Source of the DNA: Candidatus Magasanikiibacteriota bacterium
GTDB taxonomy: Bacteria; Patescibacteriota; Patescibacteriia; Magasanikbacterales; UBA10146
Direction: 5' to 3'
NCBI GenBank assembly: GCA_016212585.1
Contig: JACRFU010000075.1
Location: forward strand, 1-37,444
DNA length: 37,444 nucleotides
The notes under the pieces were generated by a model. It saw only the letters and a list, made by a program, of their open reading frames with translations. It was not told the origin of the DNA and made no database searches. Positions 23,334 to 30,406 of this stretch are shown here, one piece after another. The translations under genes were made by a program, and so were the position numbers. Within the stretch, counting starts at the first letter, position 1; every line of letters begins with the position of its first letter.

Positions 23334-23600
23334 ATGCCTAAAATTAAATAATTAAAAAATACCCAAAATTTGAGTATTTGTATTTAATAAACTTAAAATT
23401 TTTCGTAATCCTCCTTGAGATAACATAAGACGACGCTTTTATTTTTGTTTTTATTTTAGAAATTTTTTGAATACACTTTAACTTTTGATGTATTCTGCAT
23501 ATAGTATACCATTTTTTTAAGCCAAAGTCAATAGCAAAAATGCAAAAAAATCATTTATGACGACACGCATCGCAACTCATGTTATACTTAAAACACTTGT

Positions 23601-25193
23601 ATGTGCACTCCATTCAAAAAAATCACCACACCCCTCCCCTATCTTGCCATTGCAGGGTATTTTATCTACCTCCAATGGGGCGCTGGGTTTGCCGATCCTG
23701 ATTCTTTTTACCACGCAGGCGTAAGCACTATCATGGGGCAAAAACAAATAATACTCAAACAATTCGCATGGTTTACTTTTAACAATTTCAACGGACAGTT
23801 TGTTGATCATCAATTTCTCTATCATCTTCTCCTTGCGCCTTTCACTTTATTTATATCTCCTCTTGTAGTGACTAAGACAATCGCTGTAATTCTTGCGGTG
23901 CTTTTCTTTGTGGTGTTTGATTTTATATTAAAACGAACAGGAATCCGCAATCGTCTCATCTATATTTTTATTCTCCTCACCACCAGCCCATTTATAGTGC
24001 GCCTGAATCTTGCCAAAGCAGGCTCGCTCGCGCTCATATTGTTATTGTTAGGTACATACGGCTTGTGGCATAAAAAATATACATTATTATTTTTCACGAC
24101 ATTTTTATATGTCTGGACGCACGCGGGTTGGATGAGTATGGGTGTAGTGTACTTCACATGGATACTCGCACGAATCCTTACCAAAGATAATCCACTACCC
24201 TCTATTTATGGAAACAACATTTTTGGCATGAGTACAAAATATATACGCACACTTTTCATCGATCGCGCGTTATGGGCTATAGGCGGCGGGGTGCTGTTTG
24301 GAATAGTATTCAACCCATACTTTCCTAACAACCTCAAATTTTATTGGCAACAAGCAGTGCAGATTGGACTCGTGAATTATCAGTCAGTAATTAATGTTGG
24401 CAACGAGTGGTACCCATTCCCTATTGCCAAACTTTTCACAGAACTTATTGGTATTTGGATTGTGTTCGCCGTCGCACTCGCGGCATTTATTTTTCTCTGC
24501 CTATGCACTCAACAAAATGAACTCCGGCCGCGCACCCGCGCGCTTGCGGTCAAACTATTGCATAGCACCATACTTGCGGGACTATGGTTTACGCTCACAC
24601 TCAAATCCGCGCGCTATGTAGAGTACCTCGCGCCAACCGCGCTGATTGCGGGAGCCTTCTTGATGGAAATATCTCTTCGACTTGGCGCTTGGACATATCT
24701 AAAAAAATATGCGCAACCGCACCGCGCACTGTACCGCATGCTCGCGTTTGCACTGCTCATTTTTTATATCGGTTGGAGCGCGTACGAATCGCAAGCGATC
24801 CGCGTTTTCTTAACGCAAACATTGCCATGGACCCGCTTTGAAAAATCAAGCGCCTATCTTGCCGCGCATACGCCTGATACAACGCTCGTGTTCCACACCA
24901 ATTGGAGCGACGCGCCGCTTTTGTTTTTCCACAATACGCACAACCGTTATATGGCAGGGCTTGATCCAACCTTTTTCTATCTTGCCAACCCAGAACTCTT
25001 TCGCCGTTATATAGATATCGCGCAAGGGAGTGTTCATAAACCAGCAGAAGCAATCTTCAATGCCTTCAACACTCCGTATATACTCATCACGCTCCCACAA
25101 GATGGGAACCTCAACTATCAATTAAAAAAAGAGCCACGCGCACAAGCTCTTTTTCATGACGATAATTCAATAGTGTATCGCTACACACCGTAA
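23601..25193 (+). CDS. Polytopic GT-C-fold-like membrane glycosyltransferase (family uncertain)
   Basis: 530 aa with ~11-13 TMs. The first extracytoplasmic loop has an acidic motif, GFADPDSFYHAG. After the last TM there is a ~140-aa soluble C-terminus containing LVFHTNWSDAPLLFFH. The GT-C assignment rests on architecture and loop-1 DxD, not on a recognised HMM. Confidence 0.55.
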   Translation: MCTPFKKITTPLPYLAIAGYFIYLQWGAGFADPDSFYHAGVSTIMGQKQIILKQFAWFTFNNFNGQFVDHQFLYHLLLAPFTLFISPLVVTKTIAVILAVLFFVVFDFILKRTGIRNRLIYIFILLTTSPFIVRLNLAKAGSLALILLLLGTYGLWHKKYTLLFFTTFLYVWTHAGWMSMGVVYFTWILARILTKDNPLPSIYGNNIFGMSTKYIRTLFIDRALWAIGGGVLFGIVFNPYFPNNLKFYWQQAVQIGLVNYQSVINVGNEWYPFPIAKLFTELIGIWIVFAVALAAFIFLCLCTQQNELRPRTRALAVKLLHSTILAGLWFTLTLKSARYVEYLAPTALIAGAFLMEISLRLGAWTYLKKYAQPHRALYRMLAFALLIFYIGWSAYESQAIRVFLTQTLPWTRFEKSSAYLAAHTPDTTLVFHTNWSDAPLLFFHNTHNRYMAGLDPTFFYLANPELFRRYIDIAQGSVHKPAEAIFNAFNTPYILITLPQDGNLNYQLKKEPRAQALFHDDNSIVYRYTP

Positions 25194-25194
25194 T

Positions 25195-25668
25195 TTACTT
25201 ATACTGCGAGGAATAATAATCATACAGCGGATTAACCGTCGCTTTGAGCAGATAATTGAACACCAAACGAGAAATACCATACGCGGAAAGCACAATCGCA
25301 ATGCCAATGACGCCATTGGTAATCAAACCTTTGGCGGTTTTGATTTTGTCCTCTTCTCCACCGGCGGTAAGCCACAAAAAGCCCGCGTACACCACCAGTC
25401 CCACAAACACCATACCGAGCAACGAGAGTGAAACATAAATAATATACGCTACTGTCTGGCGCGGGTCTTGATTTTTAAGCCCCGTGCTTTTGCCCGCGGT
25501 GTCTAATTGTTTGTTAATATCCGCGGCGGCGTTGGTTTGCGGTTCTTGCGCGAGCTGATAGGCGGCGCGCGCTTGCGGCGCTTGCAGTAGTAATGCAAAA
25601 ACAGCTCCAACCACCCATAAAAGAAAAGGGCTGGCGGCAAAAAAATGTTTGCGTAATGATGTTTGCAT
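25195..25668 (-). CDS. TrbC/VirB2-like (CPR T4SS_pilin-type) small membrane protein, paralog 1 of 10
   Basis: I prefer the ATG at 25668 (MQTSLRKHFFAASPFLLWVVGAVFALLLQAPQARA signal), which avoids a 73-nt overlap with paralog 2. Core: LLGMVFVGLVVYAGFLWLTAGGEEDKIKTAKGLITNGVIGIAIVLSAY. Confidence 0.75.
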   Translation of the reverse strand: MQTSLRKHFFAASPFLLWVVGAVFALLLQAPQARAAYQLAQEPQTNAAADINKQLDTAGKSTGLKNQDPRQTVAYIIYVSLSLLGMVFVGLVVYAGFLWLTAGGEEDKIKTAKGLITNGVIGIAIVLSAYGISRLVFNYLLKATVNPLYDYYSSQYK

Positions 25669-25700
25669 ATAACGCGTTGAAAATCTTCTTTGAAAATTAA

Positions 25701-26120
25701 TTAAGGCTTCACGCCCGGTGTTGAGGATGCCGGCTGTGTGAGAGATGACTGCACAATAGCTCCAACAATCCATTTGGTGATACCAAAAGACGATAACACA
25801 ATAATCAGCCCAATAATAGCGTTGCGAAGATATTTTATGGCGGTTTTTATCTGTTCTTCATCCCCGCCGGCGGTAAGGTACTGATAGCCCGCAAAGACCG
25901 TAAAAGCCAAAAATAAGACGCCCAATATCCCGAGCGACGCGGATATAATGTTGCCTACTGTCTGGGCAAGCGAGGTATCATCCCCAGCAGTGTTATACTT
26001 TGCGTTTTTCCCCACCCCTTGAAGTAAACTTTGCGCGGTTTCCGGCGTTTCCGCGTCAAGGCGTAACGGAAAAACTAACAACAAACTAAACGCAAGAAAA
26101 GCTAATAAAGTAAATTTCAT
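25701..26120 (-). CDS. TrbC/VirB2-like small membrane protein, paralog 2 of 10
   Basis: 139 aa. Signal peptide (LLAFLAFSLLLVFPLRLDA). Core: ILGVLFLAFTVFAGYQYLTAGGDEEQIKTAIKYLRNAIIGLIIVLSSF. Confidence 0.75.
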   Translation of the reverse strand: MKFTLLAFLAFSLLLVFPLRLDAETPETAQSLLQGVGKNAKYNTAGDDTSLAQTVGNIISASLGILGVLFLAFTVFAGYQYLTAGGDEEQIKTAIKYLRNAIIGLIIVLSSFGITKWIVGAIVQSSLTQPASSTPGVKP

Positions 26121-26212
26121 ATCAACAATATTTGAATAAGATTCAAAATAATCTTATGGATACCACATTGAGAAACCGCATTAAGAATTCTTTAATGATG
26201 CATCTTCCATGA

Positions 26213-26635
26213 TTACTTAGCTGACGGGCTTGCCGTGGTTGTTGTCGCGTTGGTGAGCCTTGTTACGATAAAGTTAGTCAGCACATACGCCGCGAGCACC
26301 ACCGCCATGCCAATGGTCGCCATAATGATAATATCTTTTGCTTTTTTGGCCTGTGTCTCGTCTCCGCGCGCGATCATCCAAATATACCCCCCATAGACGG
26401 TTAAAATTAAAAATATAACTCCCACGAGCGTCAAAGCGATATTAATAATGCCGCCAACCTGCTTTTCAAAAGCGCCCTGTTCAAGTTTGCCTGTGCCGCC
26501 ATATACGCCGCTTCCAACTTTTTCCAATCGTCCTTGAAGCGTAGGAGGAGGATCAGCTGCAAATACAGGAGACACTGTCCACACAACGCTATATACAACA
26601 AAAAAAACAAACAGGAGAGAGAAAACATATTTCAT
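26213..26635 (-). CDS. TrbC/VirB2-like small membrane protein, paralog 3 of 10
   Basis: I prefer the start at Met13 of the track ORF (MKYVFSLLFVFFVVYSVVWTVSPVFA signal). Core: LVGVIFLILTVYGGYIWMIARGDETQAKKAKDIIIMATIGMAVVLAAY. Confidence 0.75.
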   Translation of the reverse strand: MKYVFSLLFVFFVVYSVVWTVSPVFAADPPPTLQGRLEKVGSGVYGGTGKLEQGAFEKQVGGIINIALTLVGVIFLILTVYGGYIWMIARGDETQAKKAKDIIIMATIGMAVVLAAYVLTNFIVTRLTNATTTTASPSAK

Positions 26636-26698
26636 AATTATGTTTACTATATTGAATTTAAATAGACTCATTTTAAAGATGTTGGAAATGTTTGTGCA

Positions 26699-27100
26699 CT
26701 AACCAGGAGCATTAAATACTTGGGTTGCCACCAGGTAGGTGGCGGTGTAAGAAAGCAAAATAATCACCATGCCAATGGTCGCCATAATGATAATATCTTT
26801 TGCTTTTTTGGCCTGTGTCTCGTCTCCGCGCGCCGTCATCCACAAAAACCCGCCATAGAGCATCAAAAGAAAAAACGCGACGCCGACAAAAGAAAGTGCC
26901 ACTTGAATAATTTGTCCAACTCTTTTTTCAGGATCGCTTGAAACATCCAACCCCGCGCCTCCAGAGCCAGCTGCTTGTTTAAATTGTTTGTCCGCGTCGC
27001 CAAAGTTAAGCGCGGCGCGCGCTGGAAATACGCTTCCCAACCACACTGCCGGCACCGCGGTCGCGATCATTATACTCGCAATGCTTTTATTCAAACGCAT
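26699..27100 (-). CDS. TrbC/VirB2-like small membrane protein, paralog 4 of 10
   Basis: 133 aa. Signal (IMIATAVPAVWLGSVFPARA). Core: FVGVAFFLLMLYGGFLWMTARGDETQAKKAKDIIIMATIGMVIILLSY. Confidence 0.78.
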   Translation of the reverse strand: MRLNKSIASIMIATAVPAVWLGSVFPARAALNFGDADKQFKQAAGSGGAGLDVSSDPEKRVGQIIQVALSFVGVAFFLLMLYGGFLWMTARGDETQAKKAKDIIIMATIGMVIILLSYTATYLVATQVFNAPG

Positions 27101-27104
27101 AAAA

Positions 27105-27662
27105 TTATTTAACCGCAGTTACCACATTACTAAACACGAATGAAGTAATAATACCCGCGGCGGCAACAATAATAATGCCAATGACCGCGTCTATGATAAT
27201 ATCTCTTGCTTTTTTGGCCTGCGTCTCGTCTCCGCGCGCCATCATCCACAAAAACCCGCCATAGAGCATCAACAGGAAAAACGCGATGCCTACGAGTGAA
27301 AGCACCACTCCAATAATCTTTCCGGTAATTCCCGCGACGGTTCCGCTTGTTTTTATTCCCGCGGCTCCGGCTGTTGCGTTGAGACCGTAGTTTCCTCCGC
27401 TAATTTCTCCTGTTTTACTGCTCTCAGTTTTATTTTGTGAACACTCACTAAACACACTGCATGGCTGATTAAGTTTTAAATTTCCGCTACATTGACTAAT
27501 AGTGGCATTGTCAAGACAAAAATTATTGCTATTCACACAACATCCTTCGTTTGTTGCATAAACCAACTGAGGAAAAGTTACCAAACTTAAAATATTTACC
27601 ACTGAAAAAACTAAGGCTGAAAAAACTAAAATGTTGCGCTTCATAAGTAAATTTGTTTCCAT
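27105..27662 (-). CDS. TrbC/VirB2-like membrane protein with an N-terminal six-Cys module, paralog 5 of 10
   Basis: 185 aa. A signal is followed by NEGCCVNSNNFCLDNATISQCSGNLKLNQPCSVFSECSQ. Core: LVGIAFFLLMLYGGFLWMMARGDETQAKKARDIIIDAVIGIIIVAAAG. An alternative start exists at Met7 (27644). Confidence 0.75.
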   Translation of the reverse strand: METNLLMKRNILVFSALVFSVVNILSLVTFPQLVYATNEGCCVNSNNFCLDNATISQCSGNLKLNQPCSVFSECSQNKTESSKTGEISGGNYGLNATAGAAGIKTSGTVAGITGKIIGVVLSLVGIAFFLLMLYGGFLWMMARGDETQAKKARDIIIDAVIGIIIVAAAGIITSFVFSNVVTAVK

Positions 27663-27722
27663 AATAATTTTCTTCTATCTGATTGCGTGTGCAATAAAAC
27701 ACAAGAAAGTTATTATTCAAAC

Positions 27723-27767
27723 CCTCTCGCCAGAGCGCGTCATGCGTGCGCGCGCCCCGGCAAGAGG
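27723..27767 (-). terminator. GC-rich hairpin in the 181-bp gap that splits the pilin array (possible terminator or attenuator)
   Basis: The minus-strand stem CCTCTTGCC / GGCGAGAGG is 9 bp with one G-U. It encloses a second GCGCG/CGCGC stem and is followed only by a short TTT. This is the only long intergenic gap inside the array. Confidence 0.35.
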
Positions 27768-27843
27768 CAGATATATCTGAAAAATTCCGCGCGTTTGTTA
27801 TGAATCAATATCGCGCTCTAACAACTTTAATTTTATTTTTATC

Positions 27844-28272
27844 CTAGGATGTGGCCTTTACCAAACTGTCTATGACGAACTTGGCGATGGCGTACGCGGA
27901 CAATATAATCGCCAAACCAATCACGCCGGCGATAATGCGTTTTTTTGCTTCCCCTGTTTTTTCTTCATTTCCTCCGGCAGTCATCCATTCAAAACCGCCA
28001 ATAAGGATAATGACAACAGCCACAATGCCGAGCAAACCTAGCGCGACGTTGATGATGTTGCCAACGGTTACACGAATATCTTTATTGCCCAAACCTGTTG
28101 ATCCACTTAGACTTTCACTATTAGAGTTTCCAATACCTTCAATGCCCAGCGCCTTGTTGCCGTTAGTAGTATCAATAGGAACTGGCGTATACGCCGATGC
28201 CAACGCAGGAACCAACATTGTCCCCAATAAGCTCGCGGTTGCTAAAAATGAAATAATTTTTTTCTTTGTCAT
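27844..28272 (-). CDS. TrbC/VirB2-like small membrane protein, paralog 6 of 10
   Basis: I prefer the ATG at 28272 (MTKKKIISFLATASLLGTMLVPALASA). The track's TTG-initiated MKGGEN extension is the translated Shine-Dalgarno region (AAGGGGGTGAAAAC-ATG). Core: LLGIVAVVIILIGGFEWMTAGGNEEKTGEAKKRIIAGVIGLAIILSAY. Confidence 0.8.
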   Translation of the reverse strand: MTKKKIISFLATASLLGTMLVPALASAYTPVPIDTTNGNKALGIEGIGNSNSESLSGSTGLGNKDIRVTVGNIINVALGLLGIVAVVIILIGGFEWMTAGGNEEKTGEAKKRIIAGVIGLAIILSAYAIAKFVIDSLVKATS

Positions 28273-28320
28273 GTTTTCACCCCCTTTCAAATAGTAAAGA
28301 TAATTTGCTTGTCAAAAAAT

Positions 28321-28710
28321 TTATGTGGTAGCGCTCACCAAACTATTAATAACAAACTTGGCGATGGCGTACGCGGACAATATAATCGCCAAACCAATCA
28401 CGCCGGCGATAATGCGCTTTTTTGCTTCTCCTGTTTTATCTTCATTGCCTCCGGCAGTCATCCACTCAAAACCGCCAATCAGGATGATGACAACGGCCAC
28501 AATGCCGAGCAAACCCAATGCCACGTTGATGATGTTCCCAACGGTAACGCGAATGTCTTTTTGCCCCAAGCCGGTATACACGCCATAATTGACACCCAAC
28601 GCGTCTCCTTGAGAAATTGGCGGCGGCACAGGGTCAGCAAACACAGGAGCCGCCATCAAAAGCGTTAAAGCTCCTGTGGCAAACGCTGCTGCAATTTTTT
28701 TTGTATTCAT
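28321..28710 (-). CDS. TrbC/VirB2-like small membrane protein, paralog 7 of 10
   Basis: 129 aa. Signal (AAAFATGALTLLMAAPVFA). The C-terminal ~80 aa are almost identical to paralog 6 (…DIRVTVGNIINVALGLLGIVAVVIILIGGFEWMTAGGNEDKTGEAKKRIIAGVIGLAIILSAYAIAKFVI…). Confidence 0.8.
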   Translation of the reverse strand: MNTKKIAAAFATGALTLLMAAPVFADPVPPPISQGDALGVNYGVYTGLGQKDIRVTVGNIINVALGLLGIVAVVIILIGGFEWMTAGGNEDKTGEAKKRIIAGVIGLAIILSAYAIAKFVINSLVSATT

Positions 28711-28747
28711 AAAGAATTTAAATTAAGTAATAAATTTCTAAAATGTT

Positions 28748-29170
28748 TTATAACTTTCCCCCAAGCGCGTCAAAAACAAACTTAAGCAAAATATAACTAG
28801 TCAAAATTACGATAATGCCTATGCCTGACCACATAAACACATCTCTTCCTTTCTTTATTTTATCAGGACTGCCTCCAGAGGTCAACCACAAAAAACCGCC
28901 ATACACAAACATAATAAGCGCGATGGAGCCAATTATCCCCAGCACCGGCTTGATCACCCGCTCCCCCACAATGACAAATATGTCCGTTGTGCCCAATGGA
29001 TTGTCCAAATCAACAGTTGCCTGTCCGGCGGCGCGCGCAAAATGCACTGCGCCAACTATGCCTAAAAACAAAGCGCATAACCCAGCGCAGAGAATAAATT
29101 TTCTTTGCAGTACGAAATAATTTTTTGAGGCAATCGTGCTGTTTTGTAAATTCTTGGAGTGCATTTTCAT
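28748..29170 (-). CDS. TrbC/VirB2-like small membrane protein, paralog 8 of 10 (start uncertain)
   Basis: 140 aa. Core: IIGSIALIMFVYGGFLWLTSGGSPDKIKKGRDVFMWSGIGIIVILTSY. The first codons (MKMHSKNLQ) lie inside a copy of the 43-nt repeat, so the start codon may be repeat-derived or a downstream non-ATG start may be used. Confidence 0.7.
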   Translation of the reverse strand: MKMHSKNLQNSTIASKNYFVLQRKFILCAGLCALFLGIVGAVHFARAAGQATVDLDNPLGTTDIFVIVGERVIKPVLGIIGSIALIMFVYGGFLWLTSGGSPDKIKKGRDVFMWSGIGIIVILTSYILLKFVFDALGGKL

Positions 29171-29188
29171 AAGGTGATGTCCATAGGC
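29146..29188. repeat. Solo copy of the 43-nt arm of the foldback element
   Basis: GTAAATTCTTGGAGTGCATTTTCATAAGGTGATGTCCATAGGC matches 1604-1646 at 40/43 positions in the same orientation. It overlaps the 5' end of pilin paralog 8. Confidence 0.75.
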
Positions 29189-29194
29189 TTCATA

Positions 29195-29842
29195 TTATTG
29201 CAATGCTGAAAAAACAAATTGCACCAGTATATAGCTGGCAAAAATTACCACAAGCCCCAACACTGTCCAGAGCATTATCTTTGCGGACGAACGCGTGCGT
29301 TCTTCATTGCCTGCCGCGGTCATCCACATTATACCGGCGTAGATGAGCAACACGAGCGCGATTGAACCCACCACAGAGAGTGCGGACTTAATTATTGTGC
29401 CAATAAACCCTTGTACCGAATAATTGCCTAATGGATCAAACAACGCGCCAATTTTAAAAGTCCCGCCCCCCACAGGCTTAAAGCTTGGAGGAGTACCTAT
29501 TTTCCCTAAAGTGCCCGCACCTCCTCCTGTTTTTTTCTTTGCACTGGTGCTTTTGCATTCTGAATATAAACTGCATTTACTGTTTGCCTTACTGTCAAAA
29601 TTTTCTTCCCCTCCAAGCGCGTCCGCACACTTGGCATCAACCTCCGTCTTATTATCATAATTTGCCTTTATTTCCGCGCACGCAATTTCTCCTTGCTTGG
29701 ATTTTGGAGGGAAACAACAAATTGTCTCTTGTTTGTTTTCACTCTTATTTTCAGCAAGCACAGAAAACGGTGATATTAAAGACAATACTGAAACAACAAA
29801 AATGAGTGAGATCGTGTTAAAAAAATGTTTATTAATCCGCAT
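29195..29842 (-). CDS. TrbC/VirB2-like membrane protein with an N-terminal Cys-rich module, paralog 9 of 10
   Basis: 215 aa. A signal is followed by ETICCFPPKSKQGEIACAEIKANYDNKTEVDAKCADALGGEENFDSKANSKCSLYSECKS. Core: VVGSIALVLLIYAGIMWMTAAGNEERTRSSAKIMLWTVLGLVVIFASY. Confidence 0.75.
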   Translation of the reverse strand: MRINKHFFNTISLIFVVSVLSLISPFSVLAENKSENKQETICCFPPKSKQGEIACAEIKANYDNKTEVDAKCADALGGEENFDSKANSKCSLYSECKSTSAKKKTGGGAGTLGKIGTPPSFKPVGGGTFKIGALFDPLGNYSVQGFIGTIIKSALSVVGSIALVLLIYAGIMWMTAAGNEERTRSSAKIMLWTVLGLVVIFASYILVQFVFSALQ

Positions 29843-29845
29843 ACT

Positions 29846-30391
29846 CTATTTTTTATCTGTTGAATCCGGCAATTTAACCTCCAAAAGATTATTTTGATTT
29901 TGGTTTTGCGCGGGGACCAAACCTTGAATGACAAACCGCACCAACATCTGTGCGCCAAAGGTAATGAGAAGACCAATGACCGCTCCCAAAATAGCGTCCC
30001 GCCCTTTTTTGACCATTTCCGGACTGCCCGCGGAAATAAGGAGCAAGACTCCGCCATAAATAAAGAAAAGAAACGCCGCGGCGCCGATGATAGCAAATGT
30101 GGCGTTTGAATAATTTACAAAAAGCGCAAGAAACGCGCCAACGTCGCGGCATCCGCCTCCCGGCGTGCCTTCACTGTCCGCGCATTTTGGAATGAATAAA
30201 CTTTTTCCCGGACCGCCTTCCGGACTTCCCAAATTAGTTGGCGCGCCAAAAACCGCAGGTTTTGACGCAGAGGTCGCCTGAACTAAAATAACAGCTAAAG
30301 CATCATTTGCGGAAAATAAAAAAACTCCACCCAAAACAAAATTCAACACAACACTCGCCATGAAAACAAATTGTTTTATTGTATCCCTCAT
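29846..30391 (-). CDS. TrbC/VirB2-like membrane protein, paralog 10 of 10 (first in transcription order)
   Basis: 181 aa. Signal/anchor, a two-Cys loop (IPKCADSEGTPGGGCRD), core IIGAAAFLFFIYGGVLLLISAGSPEMVKKGRDAILGAVIGLLITFGAQ, and a Gln/Asn-rich tail. Confidence 0.7.
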   Translation of the reverse strand: MRDTIKQFVFMASVVLNFVLGGVFLFSANDALAVILVQATSASKPAVFGAPTNLGSPEGGPGKSLFIPKCADSEGTPGGGCRDVGAFLALFVNYSNATFAIIGAAAFLFFIYGGVLLLISAGSPEMVKKGRDAILGAVIGLLITFGAQMLVRFVIQGLVPAQNQNQNNLLEVKLPDSTDKK

Positions 30392-30406
30392 AATCCCACA
30401 TTTTTA

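Noticed and set aside
27851-28588. Plus-strand ORFs 27851..28294, 28309..28668 and 28325..28588 that mirror pilin paralogs 6 and 7, and similar antisense ORFs across the array (26720..26941, 28815..29120, 29424..29805)
   Set aside because: They are shadow frames of the pilin genes. They repeat only because the sense genes are paralogous, and they have no signal peptides or independent start context.
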